The position numbers and the translations under genes are program-made. A stretch of 64,000 nt of DNA, taken from contig OX597820.1 in NCBI GenBank assembly GCA_951406725.2, positions 43,090,001 to 43,154,000 on the forward strand, written 5' to 3'. The notes below the pieces were generated by a model. It ran no database searches. It was given only the letters and a program-made list of their open reading frames with translations, and was not told where the DNA came from. Shown here one piece after another: positions 42,018-56,952 of this stretch. The number at the start of each line of letters is the position of its first letter. Within the stretch, counting starts at the first letter, position 1. The DNA is from Octopus vulgaris (lineage: Eukaryota).

Positions 42018-42250
42018 GCGGCGTGCTGGCAGAATCGTTAACACTTCGGGCGAAATGTTTAGCGGTATTTCGTCTGCCGCTACGTTCTGAGTTCAAATTC
42101 CGCCGAGGTCGACTTTGCTTTTCATCCTTTCGGGGTCGATTAAATAAGTACCAGTTACGCACTGGGGCCGATATAATCGGCTTAATACATTTGTCTCTCC
42201 TTGTTTGTTCCTTCTGTGTTTAGCCCATTGTGGGTAGTAAAGCAATAGGT
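42018..42250 (+). mobile_element. tRNA-derived CORE-like SINE (best-preserved copy; resembles octopus OR-family SINEs)
   Basis: Box A tggcagaatcg, box B gagttcaaattcc, core gactttgcttttcatcctttcggggtcgattaaataagtaccag. Confidence 0.8.
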
Positions 42251-45200
42251 ATATTCAAGAGGAACACGCAACATCCATAAAATTTGATGAAATGTACGAA
42301 TTATCTCAGTATCATCACCCTACTTTTAAGTGGGATGAAAAGCGGAACGTAATTAGTATTTTTTTCTTTTCCTTTTTTTTTTCTGAGAGCTAATACGTTC
42401 CCTTTAGTCATTTCGAATTACTTGGCAGCTAATAAAAGTGCTTGGCAGCTAAAAGATGGTGAAACGTGCTTGTCACGACATTTCGAATTTACATGCAGTA
42501 GAAATTACGTGATATATGTCTTTCTACCAGCAATTAGTGGACATCGAAATTTCCATGCCAAAATTGAAATTACGTATATCGTATTTGTTTTATACTTTCG
42601 GCTCATGAATGAAGGTCTGTGTTTATGTCTTTTTATTTTTCCAAACTTGTAGAAGGTTGGAAAGAATTCAGCTACAAACTATAGATTTGGTCCAAATGAC
42701 TACAGCAGAGTGAACTGCGTTAAAAAACACTTAGATAACATGCAGTGGCATTAAACTGAAGAAAGGTTAAATTTTAAAACCCATGGTCACAAGTGATATA
42801 AAGATGGAAAGAATACCAAAAGTGGTCCTGTCCGAGAATCTAACAATTTAGCTTATCTTCTACCCTGAATTAGCGCTCTTTACTTTATTTAAAATAGATG
42901 TAGCCAAGTTTAATACCTGCGAGTTTCGCATTCTGAAAGAAGAAATCCGGACGAAATATCTAACATCTCTGTTATTTCGGAATCGTCGGTCTGTTACCAC
43001 TGCAGTCTTGTACACGCTCTTACGGAAAGAGTCCTTACAGTTAATTGATTTGGTAATAGTTTTGGTACAAAAATTTCGAATCCAGCTGCTCTGAAAACAT
43101 TTGAATAATAATGAAAAAAAAAAAGACAAAGATATCAATAACAAATAGAAATTTTTCTAAGACTTTGTTGCAAGAAGTCTGAACATATTTGTGATGCCAT
43201 GAATCATTAACTCTGAATGAAACTCATAGACAGACCAAATTCTTTGGATGAATTTCTGCGTCTTTTCAAGTGTTCCCGTGTCCCAGATTGTGTTAATTCG
43301 TTGAAACTAATTTGACCTTTCGGTTAAGAGCAATGGAAAACCACTAAAGTACATTTTTAAAGCTCTCCTGCACCACTATCATTCCTTAATTATCACTGTT
43401 ATACTACAAATACATTACTGAAATATGAACGGTACATTACCTTTTCAGATCGTTTCTTGGTATCGAAATTCCTTTGCAATTTTGGAGATTCAAACTATCA
43501 AAGACTTTCAGTAACCCTCTATTTTAGATTCGGTATCTATATTCCCTCTATTCTAGCTACAAGGAGGTAACGTGTAGTCTAGAATATTTTACAAACCAGT
43601 AGCTTAGAAGTGTTTGTTCTTTCCACCGATATGGTATTTGAGATGATTTTCTCATAAGAATTTTAGCTAAACAACGACGGCATTATTGTCATGCTAATTA
43701 TTTACTAAAACTAAGCTGCAATCCTATTGAAATTCATTTTTTAACCCAAACCCATTTTATTTATTATAAATATGTTTCTAATGCAGTAATTGAGAGTTAT
43801 CTGTACCGCAAACGACACATTTACATTTCAGTAAAAGAATCCAAGTCTTGAAGGCATATCAAAAATTACCGTTCATATAGTGAAGTCATGATACGTTTCA
43901 GCCAATTATAAAGTGTGTAAGTATTATAAACACTATACTGTAGTTCAATCAATTTCCCAACTAATTTAATAAATAATCTATGTCAAAACGGCATGGCTGA
44001 TGTGGTCAAATTTGTGGGAATCATACTGGAGCTCTGGGATTGTACTTGATATATGTCAAATTTCAGGAAGTGTCAGAATTATCCCAGTGTGTGGAACAAA
44101 TTACAAATTCCACTGAGACCAATTAGTGAGATATTTCTAGAAAGTGATTCAGAAGAAGCGTCGATTGATTCTTTGTGCATCGAAAGTAGCTGAATTTATC
44201 CTCCAGATCCGGAACTCACCAACTCGGTCAAGGAAAATGGTTCTGTGACCCCACAACAAAAAGATTACTGATGTTTGATGCGTTGCAGAAGGCCTAACGC
44301 TAACGGGACCTCTTATTTAATCATAACATTAAGGTTTTTGAGCTTGGAGATGTCTCACAACTTAAGATAAAATGACACAAAATATTAGCGGTTATACTTA
44401 ATTATTGTTATTATAACAGATATCCAGTAATAAAACTTCATCTGAAGTCATCTTGTTCTATTCTCAGACATGTGTTCTCAGGTGTATCACGTTCTTTTTA
44501 AAAGCCAGGATGTGATTTGTGAGAGATTTGGCTGGTATTTTTGGTAATCTAAATCAGTATGTTAACTCTTAAATAGTATTGATTTTTCGCTCTTGGACAG
44601 TCACATACAATACACACACACATATAGAAACACACAGACACACATCTATATGACTTATTTACTTGCTACTTCTTGCTTTACGTAATCACACCCTTAATTT
44701 TGTGATTCATTCTTGAAATACCATCGTTCTTGTGGCAATAAGAACTTATCATCATTATCATCATAATAATCATCATGCTCATGATCATCATCATCACCAC
44801 CATTCTTACTTAAGTGTTATTTACTACTTCTACTACTACAACTACTACTACTATTGCTGCTATAACAACTGCTACAGTGACGTTGAGGCTGCTGATGCCG
44901 ATTAAGATGATGCAGAATTTTACAATTCCAGAAGAAAACAATTCCTTGCATTGAAACAAATGAGTATATTTTAGAAATTGATAATCTTAAAAGTCATTTA
45001 AAAAGAAAAGTAATTAAGTTTAAAGAAGAAAAAAACAAAATTGTTAACAACAATAATTTAATGATACATAACAGCAGCACGAATAGATTCTTAATATTGA
45101 TTAAATTCTTTTTTCATATTTATATTATTCTAAGGAATATTAAAATATTTTCACTTTTAAAACAAAACTTTATGTATTATTGGCTAGAAACCTTACTTGA

Positions 45201-45291
45201 TATGTTGAAACATAGCGTTCGTAATTAGAATATCTAAGTAGCTCCATACAAACTCATCAATTCATCTCATCCATTGAAGAGATTAACGATA

Positions 45292-45399
<108 letters not shown>

Positions 45400-45400
45400 C

Positions 45401-45660
45401 ATCATCATCATCATCATCCTCATCATCATTATTATTAATATCATTAGTATTATTATTATTCCCTTCATCATCATCAACATCAGAACTATCCTCATAATCA
45501 TCACCATCGTTCTTGTGGCAATAAGAACTTATCATCATCATCATCATCCTCATCATCATTATTATTAATATCATTAGTATTATTATTATTCCCTTCATCA
45601 TCATCAACATCAGAACTATCCTCATAATCATCACCATCGTTCTTGTGGCAATAAGAACTT
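45401..45660. repeat. Tandem duplication of a 130-bp ATC-rich unit; partial third copy at 44721-44800
   Basis: cagaactatcctcataatcatcaccatcgttcttgtggcaataagaactt occurs at 45481 and 45611; ccatcgttcttgtggcaataagaacttatcatcattatc also occurs at 44721. Confidence 0.9.
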
Positions 45661-46274
45661 ATCATCATTATCATCATAGTCATCATCATGCTCATAATCA
45701 TCATCATCACCATCGTCATAATCGTCGTCGTTGTTGTTGTTATTAATTTCAGGTAATTTTCATCGTCATCGTCTTCAGCCTAAGTAATATTCTTTGCCGT
45801 GACTTGGCTCTCAAAACGTTTCAATTTTCACTACTTCCTTTAATCAAATCCTTTGTTAAATTCATGCAAAAAAAAAAGCAGCGAATGTACTATAGTATTG
45901 GGATTTTGTCCTGTGTTCGGGAATAAATTGATAAGAATACTTCTTTTGTGGGTTAATATAAGAATTAAGTGTAATAAGCTAATTTCTTTTAGTCGATTAT
46001 GAACTCCAAAAAGAAAAAAGAGAAAGAAATAAAATAAACCAAAAGCAGTGTTTACACGAAGGATACAAATGTGAACAGAATCATCCGATACTTAAATCAT
46101 AATCGAAGGTAATTATTGTAATCCTGGAATGCAATTTCTAGCGTTTAGCATAAGTAATATATATTTATGTGGTTGTGTGGAGGCCTGTGAGTGTAGGTGT
46201 TGTATGAATGTATATACATACACACACACATATATATATATACATATATATATATATTTGTATATATAAATATT

Positions 46275-46325
<51 letters not shown>

Positions 46326-47009
46326 GTATATATATATATATATATATATATTTGTGTGAATATACATACATACAAAACCTGTATTGCTTTGTTGTTGTTG
46401 GTTGTTCCTTCTCGAGCCATGCCCGGCTCATAAGGTCCGGTTCCCCTGTCTCAGGGACGTACACGTTCCCCATGTGAACGGAAATCCGGTCCGTCGATAG
46501 ATGCAGCAGGAAAGAGTATGAGAAAGTTGTGGGAAAAGAGTCAGCAGAGTTTCGCCATTACTTTCTGGCGTAACAGCGTGATCATGCTGAGGCACGGTCT
46601 TAAAAAATTTTCACTCAAATGAAATGATCCCATTACTTATTTTATGCTAAAACTGGTAGTTATTTTATAGGGATTTTTCCCCAGAACTTCTAGGTTCCGC
46701 AGACATAAAGAGAGCAACATTGGTTGTCAAACGGTGAGGGAGGATAAACACAGACACACAAATATATATACATATAAATAGAGAGAGAATATAGGGAAAA
46801 AAAACACGTTAAGGATTTTTAATTACACAGATGTGTAGAATGATCCGATCGTGATGCTGGGCTTTCTATTCTTTTCATAGCTACCGTAGTTACTGAGATA
46901 ATCTATTATAATAATAATCATGTGTTTATGAATGAGAATGGAAGGGGTGATATATGAATACGGAAAGAACGATGGGATCTCCAACTTGATAGTGGGAAGA
47001 TGAAAATTG

Positions 47010-47363
47010 TACGCTGAAAAAATAAATCAGACAGCGTTTCAACTTCGTGTGCATACATGTGTGTGTGTATAAAAAAGGGTTTGTGAATGTGTGTGTATGT
47101 GTGTGAGCATGTGTGTATGCGCGCGCAATGGAAGTAGGATGGTTCATCTTCGTTCGCTTAGTATTTGTGTTTATTTATTGATTTGGTTGAATCTTGGTTG
47201 TTTTCTTCTTTTGGCCAGTTAAAAGTTATTTTAAGCGTTTTGAATAAAAAGTTATTCAAAATTGTTTTTTAATGTAAGCGTGCCCAAACAAGATAAATGC
47301 TTACACAGAGCAGGTTTTACAGCCACCTTATCCAAACCGACCGGGTAAAACCGGGCTTAGCTG

Positions 47364-47367
<4 letters not shown>
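47010..47367 (+). mobile_element. Possible non-autonomous Helitron 3' end
   Basis: ccgggtaaaaccggg hairpin-like motif then ctgctaa, parallel to the 52620 terminus. 5' boundary uncertain. Confidence 0.4.
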
Positions 47368-47428
<61 letters not shown>

Positions 47429-47514
47429 ATACATACATACATACACACAGATATGTATAGATAAAAGTCTGCAATGTAAGAAAACTGCATATTATACAGC
47501 TACAATGCATCTGA

Positions 47515-47740
47515 GTGGCGGCACGTAGTTTAGTGTTTAGTGTGTTGGAATTGTAATCATAAGGTTTTGCTTATGATTGCTGGGCCGGGCGACGCGTTTC
47601 ATTTCACGTTGCTTCAATCCACTCCGCTGGCAAACATGAGTAATGCTGCGACGGACCAGCGTCCCGTTGAAGTGGGGGGAATATATTTGCGCCATTGGAA
47701 CCTAGCCGTTATGAGTCGGTACGAATCGAGAAAGAAACTT
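47515..47740 (+). mobile_element. Diverged tRNA-derived SINE
   Basis: ggcggcacgtagtttagtg head; tttcacgttgcttcaatccactccgctggcaaa body. Confidence 0.5.
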
Positions 47741-48394
47741 TACTTAACCTCACCTTACAATGAGTATAGCCGAAGAAGATTGCCCGCTGACTAACTAAAA
47801 ATTTTTTTCCAAATCCTTCTCTAAATGCACGCTTTTCTCCTGAACGATCTGGCACTTGGTGATATATAAATGATCACGTGTAGTTCAGTATCATCTCACT
47901 GGAGAAATGTGTACCGATGAAGCTACTATATATAGGCCAAGACATATTATTCTCTAACCTTTCTTCTACCATATTCCTCTTCAAAACCTGCACTGCAGTT
48001 GCATTGGGAAATTACATCCGCTTGACCTTTTGAAATATATTACATACTATTTCAAATAAAATTTAAACAAAGTTGCGTGGCCTTAAAGCACAATTTGGCA
48101 TTCGATCGATGCCCTGCTATCTTAAAAATATAAAACGTTCACTGTATAAAGAATTTTGAAGTAAACTCATTCTGAAATACTGAGACACACAGAGTCACGC
48201 ACACACACACACACACACATGCACACACACATATATACAGAGACATGTATATATATATGTGTGTGTATGCATATATGTATACAATTATTGTTTTCATATT
48301 TTACTGTTGCCATCATTTGGAGTACCGTCTTATGTCGAACAAATTGATTCCAGAACTTATTCTTTGTAAGCGCAGAACCTATTTTATCGGAGAA

Positions 48395-49392
48395 CAAAAC
48401 AGTAAACACAAACGGTGAGGGCTGTTAAGCCAAGGCGAGGTGGAAGAAAGAAAGTATGGCCGTTGATCACGTGTGAGCAACGAGAGTATAGGAGGAAAAG
48501 TGAGAGAGAGAGAGGAGAAAAATGGAGAAAGTGTGGGAGAGAAAAACAGAAAGGAAGAAAACCAAGAGAGGGAGATAGATCGACAGAAAAGAGATAGAAT
48601 AAGAGTGCGCATCGTAATTATTAAAATAAAAGTTGGAAAAGGATGCGTGGCGTTCGATCATATAACAATATAAATAGTATATAAATATATGAATATATAC
48701 ATACATATATGTACATATTTACATATATATATGTATATATACATGCATATATGGGTACAGGATTAAAGAAAAAAACGTTGACAGAATGAGAAACGCGAAC
48801 ATAAAAAACAAAAACATAGAAAACGAAATTTTCGAACAACGAAAAAAACAAACAGAAAAACGACACATGCACATTAAAGAAATTTCCTTTCGTCAGTCCA
48901 CCCTGTTTTATCTACCACTCATTTCGAAAGTAAGGACTAGACGCGACTTCATTAACAAAATCTTTCCCGCAAAGCAAATTAAATAAAATTTAAGATTTTT
49001 GCGGAGGATGAGCGTGGTAACAAAAACAGGACACTGACAACAAAACAGTAAAAACAAATGGTGAGGGCTGTTAAGTCAAGACGATGTGAAGTGGTAAATC
49101 CTGGAAAAACGAGAATCGAGAAGAGACAGATAAAAGCACGTCTGGTCTTTAGGAAGGAAGTAGAAGAAAGAAAGAATGGCCGTTGATCAGGTGTGAGCAA
49201 CGAGATACTCAAGGTGGGAGAGTGAGAGAGAGAGAGGGGGGAAGGTGATAAGGAGAAGAGAAGAATAGGGAAAGGGTGGGAGAGAAATACAGAAAAGAAT
49301 AACAAGATAGGGAGATAGATAGACAGAAAAGTGATAGAATAAGTCTGCGCATCGTAATTATTAAGATAAGACTTACTTGAAAAAGGATGCAC
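48395..49392. repeat. Diverged direct duplication of a purine-rich repeat (48395-48646 vs 49040-49392)
   Basis: Shared acaaaacagtaaa...ggtgagggctgttaag, tggccgttgatca.gtgtgagcaacgaga and gcgcatcgtaattattaa. Confidence 0.75.
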
Positions 49393-49627
49393 AATGGGCG
49401 AGATTAGGAGGGTAGACAGGCCTGAAGAAGCGTTGGGAATTAGTGCTGCTCACGGAGGTTAGTAGGTGAAGGTGATCTTTGTGCAGGTGGTGCAGGTAAG
49501 CAGTTGGTACAGGTAAGTAGCTGGTACTCAGGAGGTATATCCTCATGACCTTTCTTGACCAACTGCAGGGTAAAGTCCAGTAATAATCAGTGACTTTCTC
49601 CTATCGACATCTAATTCTAATACCAAA

Positions 49628-49666
49628 CGGCTGAAGACTAATATCACGCTCGAAACTCGGAATAGC
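49628..49666 (+). ncRNA. Degenerate hammerhead-like motif
   Basis: cggCUGAAGAcuaauaucacgcucGAAACUCGGAauagc; has the same GAAACUCGGA as the 13.0/56.9 kb family, but stems II and III are broken. Confidence 0.3.
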
Positions 49667-49731
49667 AAGAAATTTGCTTGATCCATATGTGTCTGTGTTT
49701 GTGTGTGTGTATGCTGTTGTTGTTGTTGTTA

Positions 49732-49816
<85 letters not shown>

Positions 49817-49913
49817 AGCAATGAGCTGGCAGAATCTTTAGCCCACCGGGCGGAAAAAGTAACAACTCTCACACCAGGAGTCATGTTATCAACATGAAAT
49901 AACTTACGCACAA

Positions 49914-49951
<38 letters not shown>

Positions 49952-50694
49952 GCACACAGACAAATCAAACGCGTGCGCACGCATGTACAAGAATATAAAC
50001 CAGATGGTGCAGTAAATTTGCTAACTTCAAGGCTAAGGAGAAAGGAATGGTTGGAGTCGCAAACTTCCGATTTTTTACAGGTATCAGAAAAACTGAAGGA
50101 TAAGCGTGTGAATCTGAGAAGGGAATATGTTGAATAAAAGTATAATTAACTGTTCCTCCTGTATTTTCTTTTACCCAAAGCATGGAACACCACCTCGTAC
50201 ATATACGTATGCCTTTAAATAAATTAGGAAGGAAGAGGAAATTAAGTTACGAACTTCGTTTACTCATAGCCTATTATCTTAAAAGTACTGATGAATTTGT
50301 AAGGTGATGCTCATGCATAAAGACCCGAGTGCATTGCATTGTTCTGAACTGTAAGCTAATGAAGTGTACTGCATGTTTCCTATTCCTTTGTCAGTTAATA
50401 AATTTCATATTATGTTCAGTACTCTACTAACGCATTCTTCTGAAGCATATGTATATTTGAGTTATTGCTTTGACTTAAAGTTCTTGGTACTTCCGGCAGA
50501 CGAGGAGAAGCTTATCGAAGCATCGCTATCCTAGAATGCCTAGTAGCAATGCTTCGTGTATCTTCTAAACAATTTGTTATCATAAAAATGAAACTCTGCT
50601 TTTCTGTGACTAAGACAACAATGATTAGCGTATTTGCGTTGGAATCTACCAGAACCTATTATACATAAACATGCAAGTCATCGTTCATGTACAT

Positions 50695-50730
50695 AAATAG
50701 ATAGATAAATAGATAGATAGATAGATAGAC

Positions 50731-50779
<49 letters not shown>

Positions 50780-50798
50780 TATAGATATATATATATAT

Positions 50799-50865
<67 letters not shown>

Positions 50866-51491
50866 TGATAGATAGATAGATAGGTAGGTAGGTAGGTAGG
50901 TAGGTAGGTAGGTAGGTAGGTAGGTGGGGTTGGGGTTAGGTAGGTAGGTGGGTAGGTAGGTAGGTATCTAGGTAGGTAGGTGGGCAGGCAGGCAGAGAGA
51001 TCTCGCAGATTTTTGCGCAGTTTCCGCCAACCAAATCTACTCACAAGGCATTGTTTGACAGCAGAAGATAGTTATATTAGTTGCCAAGCAATGGCTCTTC
51101 ACGTAAAACCATTGAGCACAGAAGTAAACTGGTTACATACACATCTATGCCGGACTTGAAATATTTTCTGTAGCATACAAATGACTGTAGTTAGCTTTCT
51201 CTCAAGTGTCTCGAATTTTCTCAATAAGTAACATTCGATATAACAATAGAAATGCTTACACTATTTCAACCTGGTTTTTTTCTTTAGAAAAACTGTTATA
51301 TCCCTCTTCCAGGCATACCCTGTCAATAATAAGGTAATAAATGTGACATTGAATATTGCATATCGAGTTATACACTTCATCAAAAAAGAAAGATTAGAAG
51401 ACCACAGATAAAATTCTCTTTCAGCTATTTAATGTAAAATATTTGAATTGAATATTCATATATATATATATGTATATATATGTATATATAT

Positions 51492-51522
<31 letters not shown>

Positions 51523-51825
51523 CATACACACATATGTATATACAAACATACATATACATATATCATATATATACATACACACACATATGTATATATACAA
51601 TCATACATATACATATATATACACATATATATATACATATAAATACATCTATGAGTTCATACATATATGCATATATAATCATGCATATACATATATATAC
51701 ACACATATATATACATGTAAATACATCTACGTATACACATATGTATATGCATTTACATATACACATGTATGTACATACATGTATATATATACACATACAT
51801 ACACACATAATATAGATAGAGAGAC

Positions 51826-51910
<85 letters not shown>

Positions 51911-51975
51911 TACATATATACATATATACAGTTTTTGTATATGTATATGTATATAATGTATATATACATATACAC
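50695..51975. repeat. Compound microsatellites (GATA)n/(GGTA)n and interrupted (TA/CA)n; representative of dozens of SSR tracts in the window
   Basis: Directly visible. Confidence 0.9.
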
Positions 51976-52234
51976 ATTTTTTACGCAATTATAAGTATTA
52001 TTTCACAGCGCATCATTTAATTTGTAATAGAAAAATATTGGAGACGTTTGTTTTAGAAACATTGTGTTTGCTATTTCTTTTATATTGAAGTATGTTTTTA
52101 ATATTTTCAAAATTATTAACCACAAAAACTAAACAAGTGATAATCCATGGAAATTCTGATGATATTAATCACGTTGTGAATTACTGTATTTCCTCATTTA
52201 TTTTCCTCTTCTATTTGTTTTTAAATATTATTTA

Positions 52235-52620
52235 TCTCTCTCTATATAAACGGCAGTTTGTCTGTGCGTGTTTCTGTGTGTCTGTTTTCTCGTACCCTCA
52301 CTCTGACCACGGCTTTCAACCGATTCTGATGAAACTTGACACACACATAGCCCAATGTCATAATTCAAAACTAACGCAGCGAAAATTTTGAAAAGTTCCC
52401 CCAGTTCTGAAAAAAATCGATAAATTCGACATGGGGTCGAGAATTAGAAACCCAAACAACAGACCGTCTAGGGGACGCAACTCTACCTTTTTTTAACTCT
52501 CAAAAAAATTTACCATCATTTTTTTTTCCATTTTTTTGCTATTTTTTGGCTATAACTCTCTAAAAATGCTTTATAGTTATTTCCCTTACAAACCTGAGCA
52601 ACGCCGGGCGATACTGCTAG
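52235..52620 (+). mobile_element. Non-autonomous Helitron (386 bp)
   Basis: A|TC 5' end (tctctctctatataaa), subterminal hairpin cctgagcaacgccggg, CTAG|T 3' end, no TSD. Confidence 0.85.
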
Positions 52621-53089
52621 TCATTTATAAAATCGAAAAAAAATCTTAGAATAATGTTTGCATGGTAAAAATTATGAGAAAAACATATTCTTATCTTTTG
52701 GTATTGGTTAGAAAATGATGTAGTATATGATGGAAAATTATAAATAACTGTCTAATTTATCACACGTTTGCTACTGTATTTCAGACAAAAATTTGTATAA
52801 ATGTTCAGTTTTTAATTCTGTACATCAGAGTGCTGGTAGACCTTCAATCGATCAATACCCGATCAATCCGTTCATAATCAAAATAAAATGAAACAAATCC
52901 AATTCAAAATCACAGAAATAAAACATAATGCTCATTTAGCTTATTATACCAACTTGAGATCTGATAATAACTTGTAAAAATCAATAAATTTCCGTAAGCG
53001 TATTCTAGAATAAGTAGCAATGATATTAAACGCTTGCTTTTGAGAATGCCAGCATTATTGGCATCAATGGGTGCCAGAATTTACAGCTT

Positions 53090-53340
53090 TATGGTGAATT
53101 AGTCCAGTTCGTTAACATGAATGGATGGAAGGAGATAGTTGCTGCCTGCTAATGAGCACTTGTGTAACAGAAGTATATTAAGAGCTAAAACAACTTCAGA
53201 TAACATAAACCGAGTTTTGTGAAGGCGTGGTAGTTCTTTTCTAGCAGGACCAACCTTGAATAACAGCTCAACTAATTTGAGTAATGGCATTTTCATTTCA
53301 TTTTCCATCATGTTGTCAGTGTGATGATTGTATATAGAAA
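53090..53340 (-). mobile_element. Possible Gypsy RNaseH-integrase linker remnant
   Basis: AVIQGWS, ELPRLHKTRFMLS and GSNYLLPS loosely match the Gypsy GWP...R.ELS...G.R.IIP region. Confidence 0.35.
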
Positions 53341-54529
53341 TTCACACAAATAGCGAAGCAGGAATTTATGTTGTGGACTGATGATAACAAGAAAATTGTA
53401 GGAATATTCATTGACGCTGTCTCAAATCGTTTGAAGTAAAGCATCTATTGGATCACATAATGGGTATGTGCTCTTAGGTCGATATTACAGAATTTACCCG
53501 TTAAACGACGCAGAAAATATTTTTATATTCTGAAAAATGTTACAATGTAAGAAGCATGCGTTAATGCCGTTAACCTTTACTAAGAGTTGGAATGACATAG
53601 ACCATGAATGTTTTCCAGAGTAGAACACGTAAAAATGTACTGCAATTTCAGGGATTGCAACCATTCGTCGAGGTACCTCTGACCGCGGAACTAATCCCAA
53701 ACCATAAAGCTCAGTTGAGGTCGTCAGTCACCAAGTATCAGGTTTTTCGAATTAAAGAAGGATGCAGATTTACTGTACTGTCCAAGTACACATACTGTTT
53801 TTGACTGACTTCTCCGTAGTTTTACACTATGTAGCTTTATCCATAAGGCTAGTCAACGTGAGGCGATGTTAAACGACACGTGTCCAGGACATCGCACAGT
53901 AGTATTGAGCCTGGATCAATGTTATTATGAAGTGGCCTATAATCATGCAGCTAAATTTATTTTTGTATTATTCCCTCTATAAATAAAGATTTCCCGCTTC
54001 ATTCTTGCCCTGGTGTCGATGGAGAGGTGTGTTTTATTACTTAGGTGAAAGAAAATAGAGAATCCGTTTACGTTTGTAGTCTTTGCTAAATTGCAGGAAC
54101 ACGTTTGATGTGCAGCTTGGGAGTCTGACTGCTGTATTTTTACAGAATATTATTAAGGAAATGTATTTAATAAAGGAATCGGAAGCTCAGATGTATCAGT
54201 AATGTGACGAGGGAACTTGAGTGCATTCTCTGAAATTGGGCGGTTGTAGTTTGCAAATTCCCAGTTCAAAGGTGAACTCACAAATGCCTTTGCTACTCCG
54301 TCGAACGACAAAACCGTATTATTATATTTTATTGTTCATTCTACGTTATTTGTACTTGTAGAAGCTACAACTATACTCGTATATGAGTAAAGCAAGGAAC
54401 TAATATGAAATATGAAATTAAATAGTTTCAATCTGTGTGGAGTATTTGTCTTTGAGATATAGCTTTGGTATTCTCATATCTGTAACGTGTTGAAGAAAAT
54501 CATGAAATATACTGAAGAGGTATTCGATA

Positions 54530-54603
<74 letters not shown>

Positions 54604-54640
54604 ATATATATATATATTTATGTAAATACATACACACACA

Positions 54641-54675
<35 letters not shown>

Positions 54676-55078
54676 GTAGGGTGTAAGTATGTATATATGT
54701 ATGAATGTATAAACTTTCTCTGCAAAAGTTTTGGAATGAACACTTATCACAACTCTCTACCTTAACTTCTGAATGAAATTGCCATTCCATCCCAACATAT
54801 ATTTGTACTTACATTTTTACATACATAATATTTATATGGAGTATAAGTTAAAAAAGCGTGGCTATATATTTAGTTGTGAAATCATTTGTTAATTTATGTT
54901 ATGCGTTTCAATGAAGATTGTAGGTTCGAATTATATAATCCGAGAGCAGTATAGAAATTGGATCTCCGACCCAACATTTTTACTGAAACGTGTGTTTACA
55001 CAAACTCGCGCGCACACACACACACACATACATTATTATATGACTGTTATATGTATATATATATATATACATATACAT

Positions 55079-55170
<92 letters not shown>

Positions 55171-55756
55171 CATTAATTACAGAGCAAATATCAAATTTGA
55201 GCTAAAGACTTTACATAACCCCACGCTTCCACACATTTATCGCATACAAATAATACGATCGCCTTCAACATATAAAAGAAATATATCAGCACAGAAGGTA
55301 AAAAATATATATGTACATATGAAAATACAACATATATAGAAGGGCCTGTCAGGAAAAAGTATATATAAATCGACTGAAATGGTTGATCATAATGAATTAC
55401 AAAAACATTTCAATCGACTAGAAAGTACTTTTTTTTTCACGCTTCGATTAAAAATATATCAAAATAGTTCGCTTTTTAAAATGAAGCAATCCATGGTAAG
55501 TCCGGTAACCCTTGGGTGTTATCGCGCTGATATGTATGCGTGTGTATGTTTGTGTGTATGTGTGTCTGTCTGTGTGTGTGTACGTATTTATATATACATA
55601 ATCATCTTCATCATCATCATCTTCACCACTACCACCATTATTATTATCATCATCATGTATATATATATATGTGTGTATATATATATATATACACACAAAC
55701 ACATACACACACACTCTCTCTCTCTGTCACACACACACACACACACACACACGCAG

Positions 55757-55822
<66 letters not shown>

Positions 55823-56808
55823 GAAGCAAAGCCAAGGCAGTGTGAAATTTCTAGAACATTCTATAAAGAGAAGGGTAGTCTTACAGCTATTGCAGGTTTA
55901 TAAAAGATATCCCATCATCAGAGACAATATGAGAGAGTTAAATAAAAAGAAATAGTAGAGTCCAATATAAGAAGTTATTTTGGAAAGAGACTGACATAGG
56001 AAGTATAAACCCATATAGAAGAATATATGGAAAATTATATGTTGGATGGTAAACATGCTGTTCTATTATCCAAGGAGCGTGTTGTGGGTAAAAAAGCAGC
56101 TCTCCATGGTATTTAAGTTCCGATAGGAGATCATATTATTCTTTTTTACAAACGGATAGTGTATAGGTATTAATTCCATGTGTTGTTCATTCAATGGCGT
56201 CTTGTAGTGTAAATGAAATTTTGAGAATAGAATAGGTATGTTAGGAAAAAGGAAATGGTTTTAGTCAAAGGATGGGGGGGGATGAAGAGAAAATGAGCAT
56301 GAAAAAGGAGTACGAGATACAGGTCAAGATATTGTGAGAGACTGGGGAGAGGAGAGCTGTTAGTAGATAAAAGGAATAGGAGGAAGGGTAGAAGGAAGAG
56401 ATAAGAGTATAAGGAAGGAATATGCGTGAGAGGTGAGAGGATAGGGTGATATGTTTGAAAGGCTTTAAATGGGAGGGATAGTTTAAGAATGCGGTACGTA
56501 GTGGGTACTAAAATTGAATAGTAAACCTCAAATAGCAAGGGAACAAAAAGAAAATATAGAGGTCAATTTTCTAAAAGTAGACGTAGGCATTTATATGAGG
56601 CATGAGATTGTACTAGCTAGAGTGATAACGGGGACAGATAAATTAGTGAGAGAAAGAAACATATGTATATAGATAAACCCACACGCGTATATATATATAT
56701 ATATTGATAAAAATGGTAAGACCACAAAAGAATGAAAGAGACATCGATAATATGTAAATAGAGGAATTTATCTGTAAATGTAAAATGTGACAATTATTTC
56801 GTAGCCAT

Positions 56809-56869
56809 GATAAAACTCCGAGATTCGGATGCTGACGTGGAAATCCACGCCGCCATCTCTTCAGTTATC
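56809..56869 (-). ncRNA. Hammerhead ribozyme with core mutation GAAA>GAAU
   Basis: Reverse complement reads gauaaCUGAAGAgaug...caucCGAAUcucggaGUUuuauc. Confidence 0.55.
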
Positions 56870-56891
56870 CGGCTATTTTTTCCGATGCCTG

Positions 56892-56952
56892 GATAACTGA
56901 AGAGATGGCGACGTGGATTTCCACCTCGACATCCGAAACTCGGAGTTTTATC
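56892..56952 (+). ncRNA. Type I hammerhead ribozyme
   Basis: GAUAA-CUGAAGA-GAUG...CAUC-C-GAAA-CUC-G-GAG-UU-UUAUC; 5-bp stem I. Confidence 0.75.

Noticed and set aside
48860-48900. CUGACGA on the minus strand (also at ~13207 minus, and CUGAAGA at 42757 and 54512 plus)
   Set aside because: No properly placed GAAA with stem I pairing, so not called as hammerheads.
55830-56620. Possible decayed PLE or LINE RT remnant on the minus strand
   Set aside because: Similarity is too faint to support by eye.
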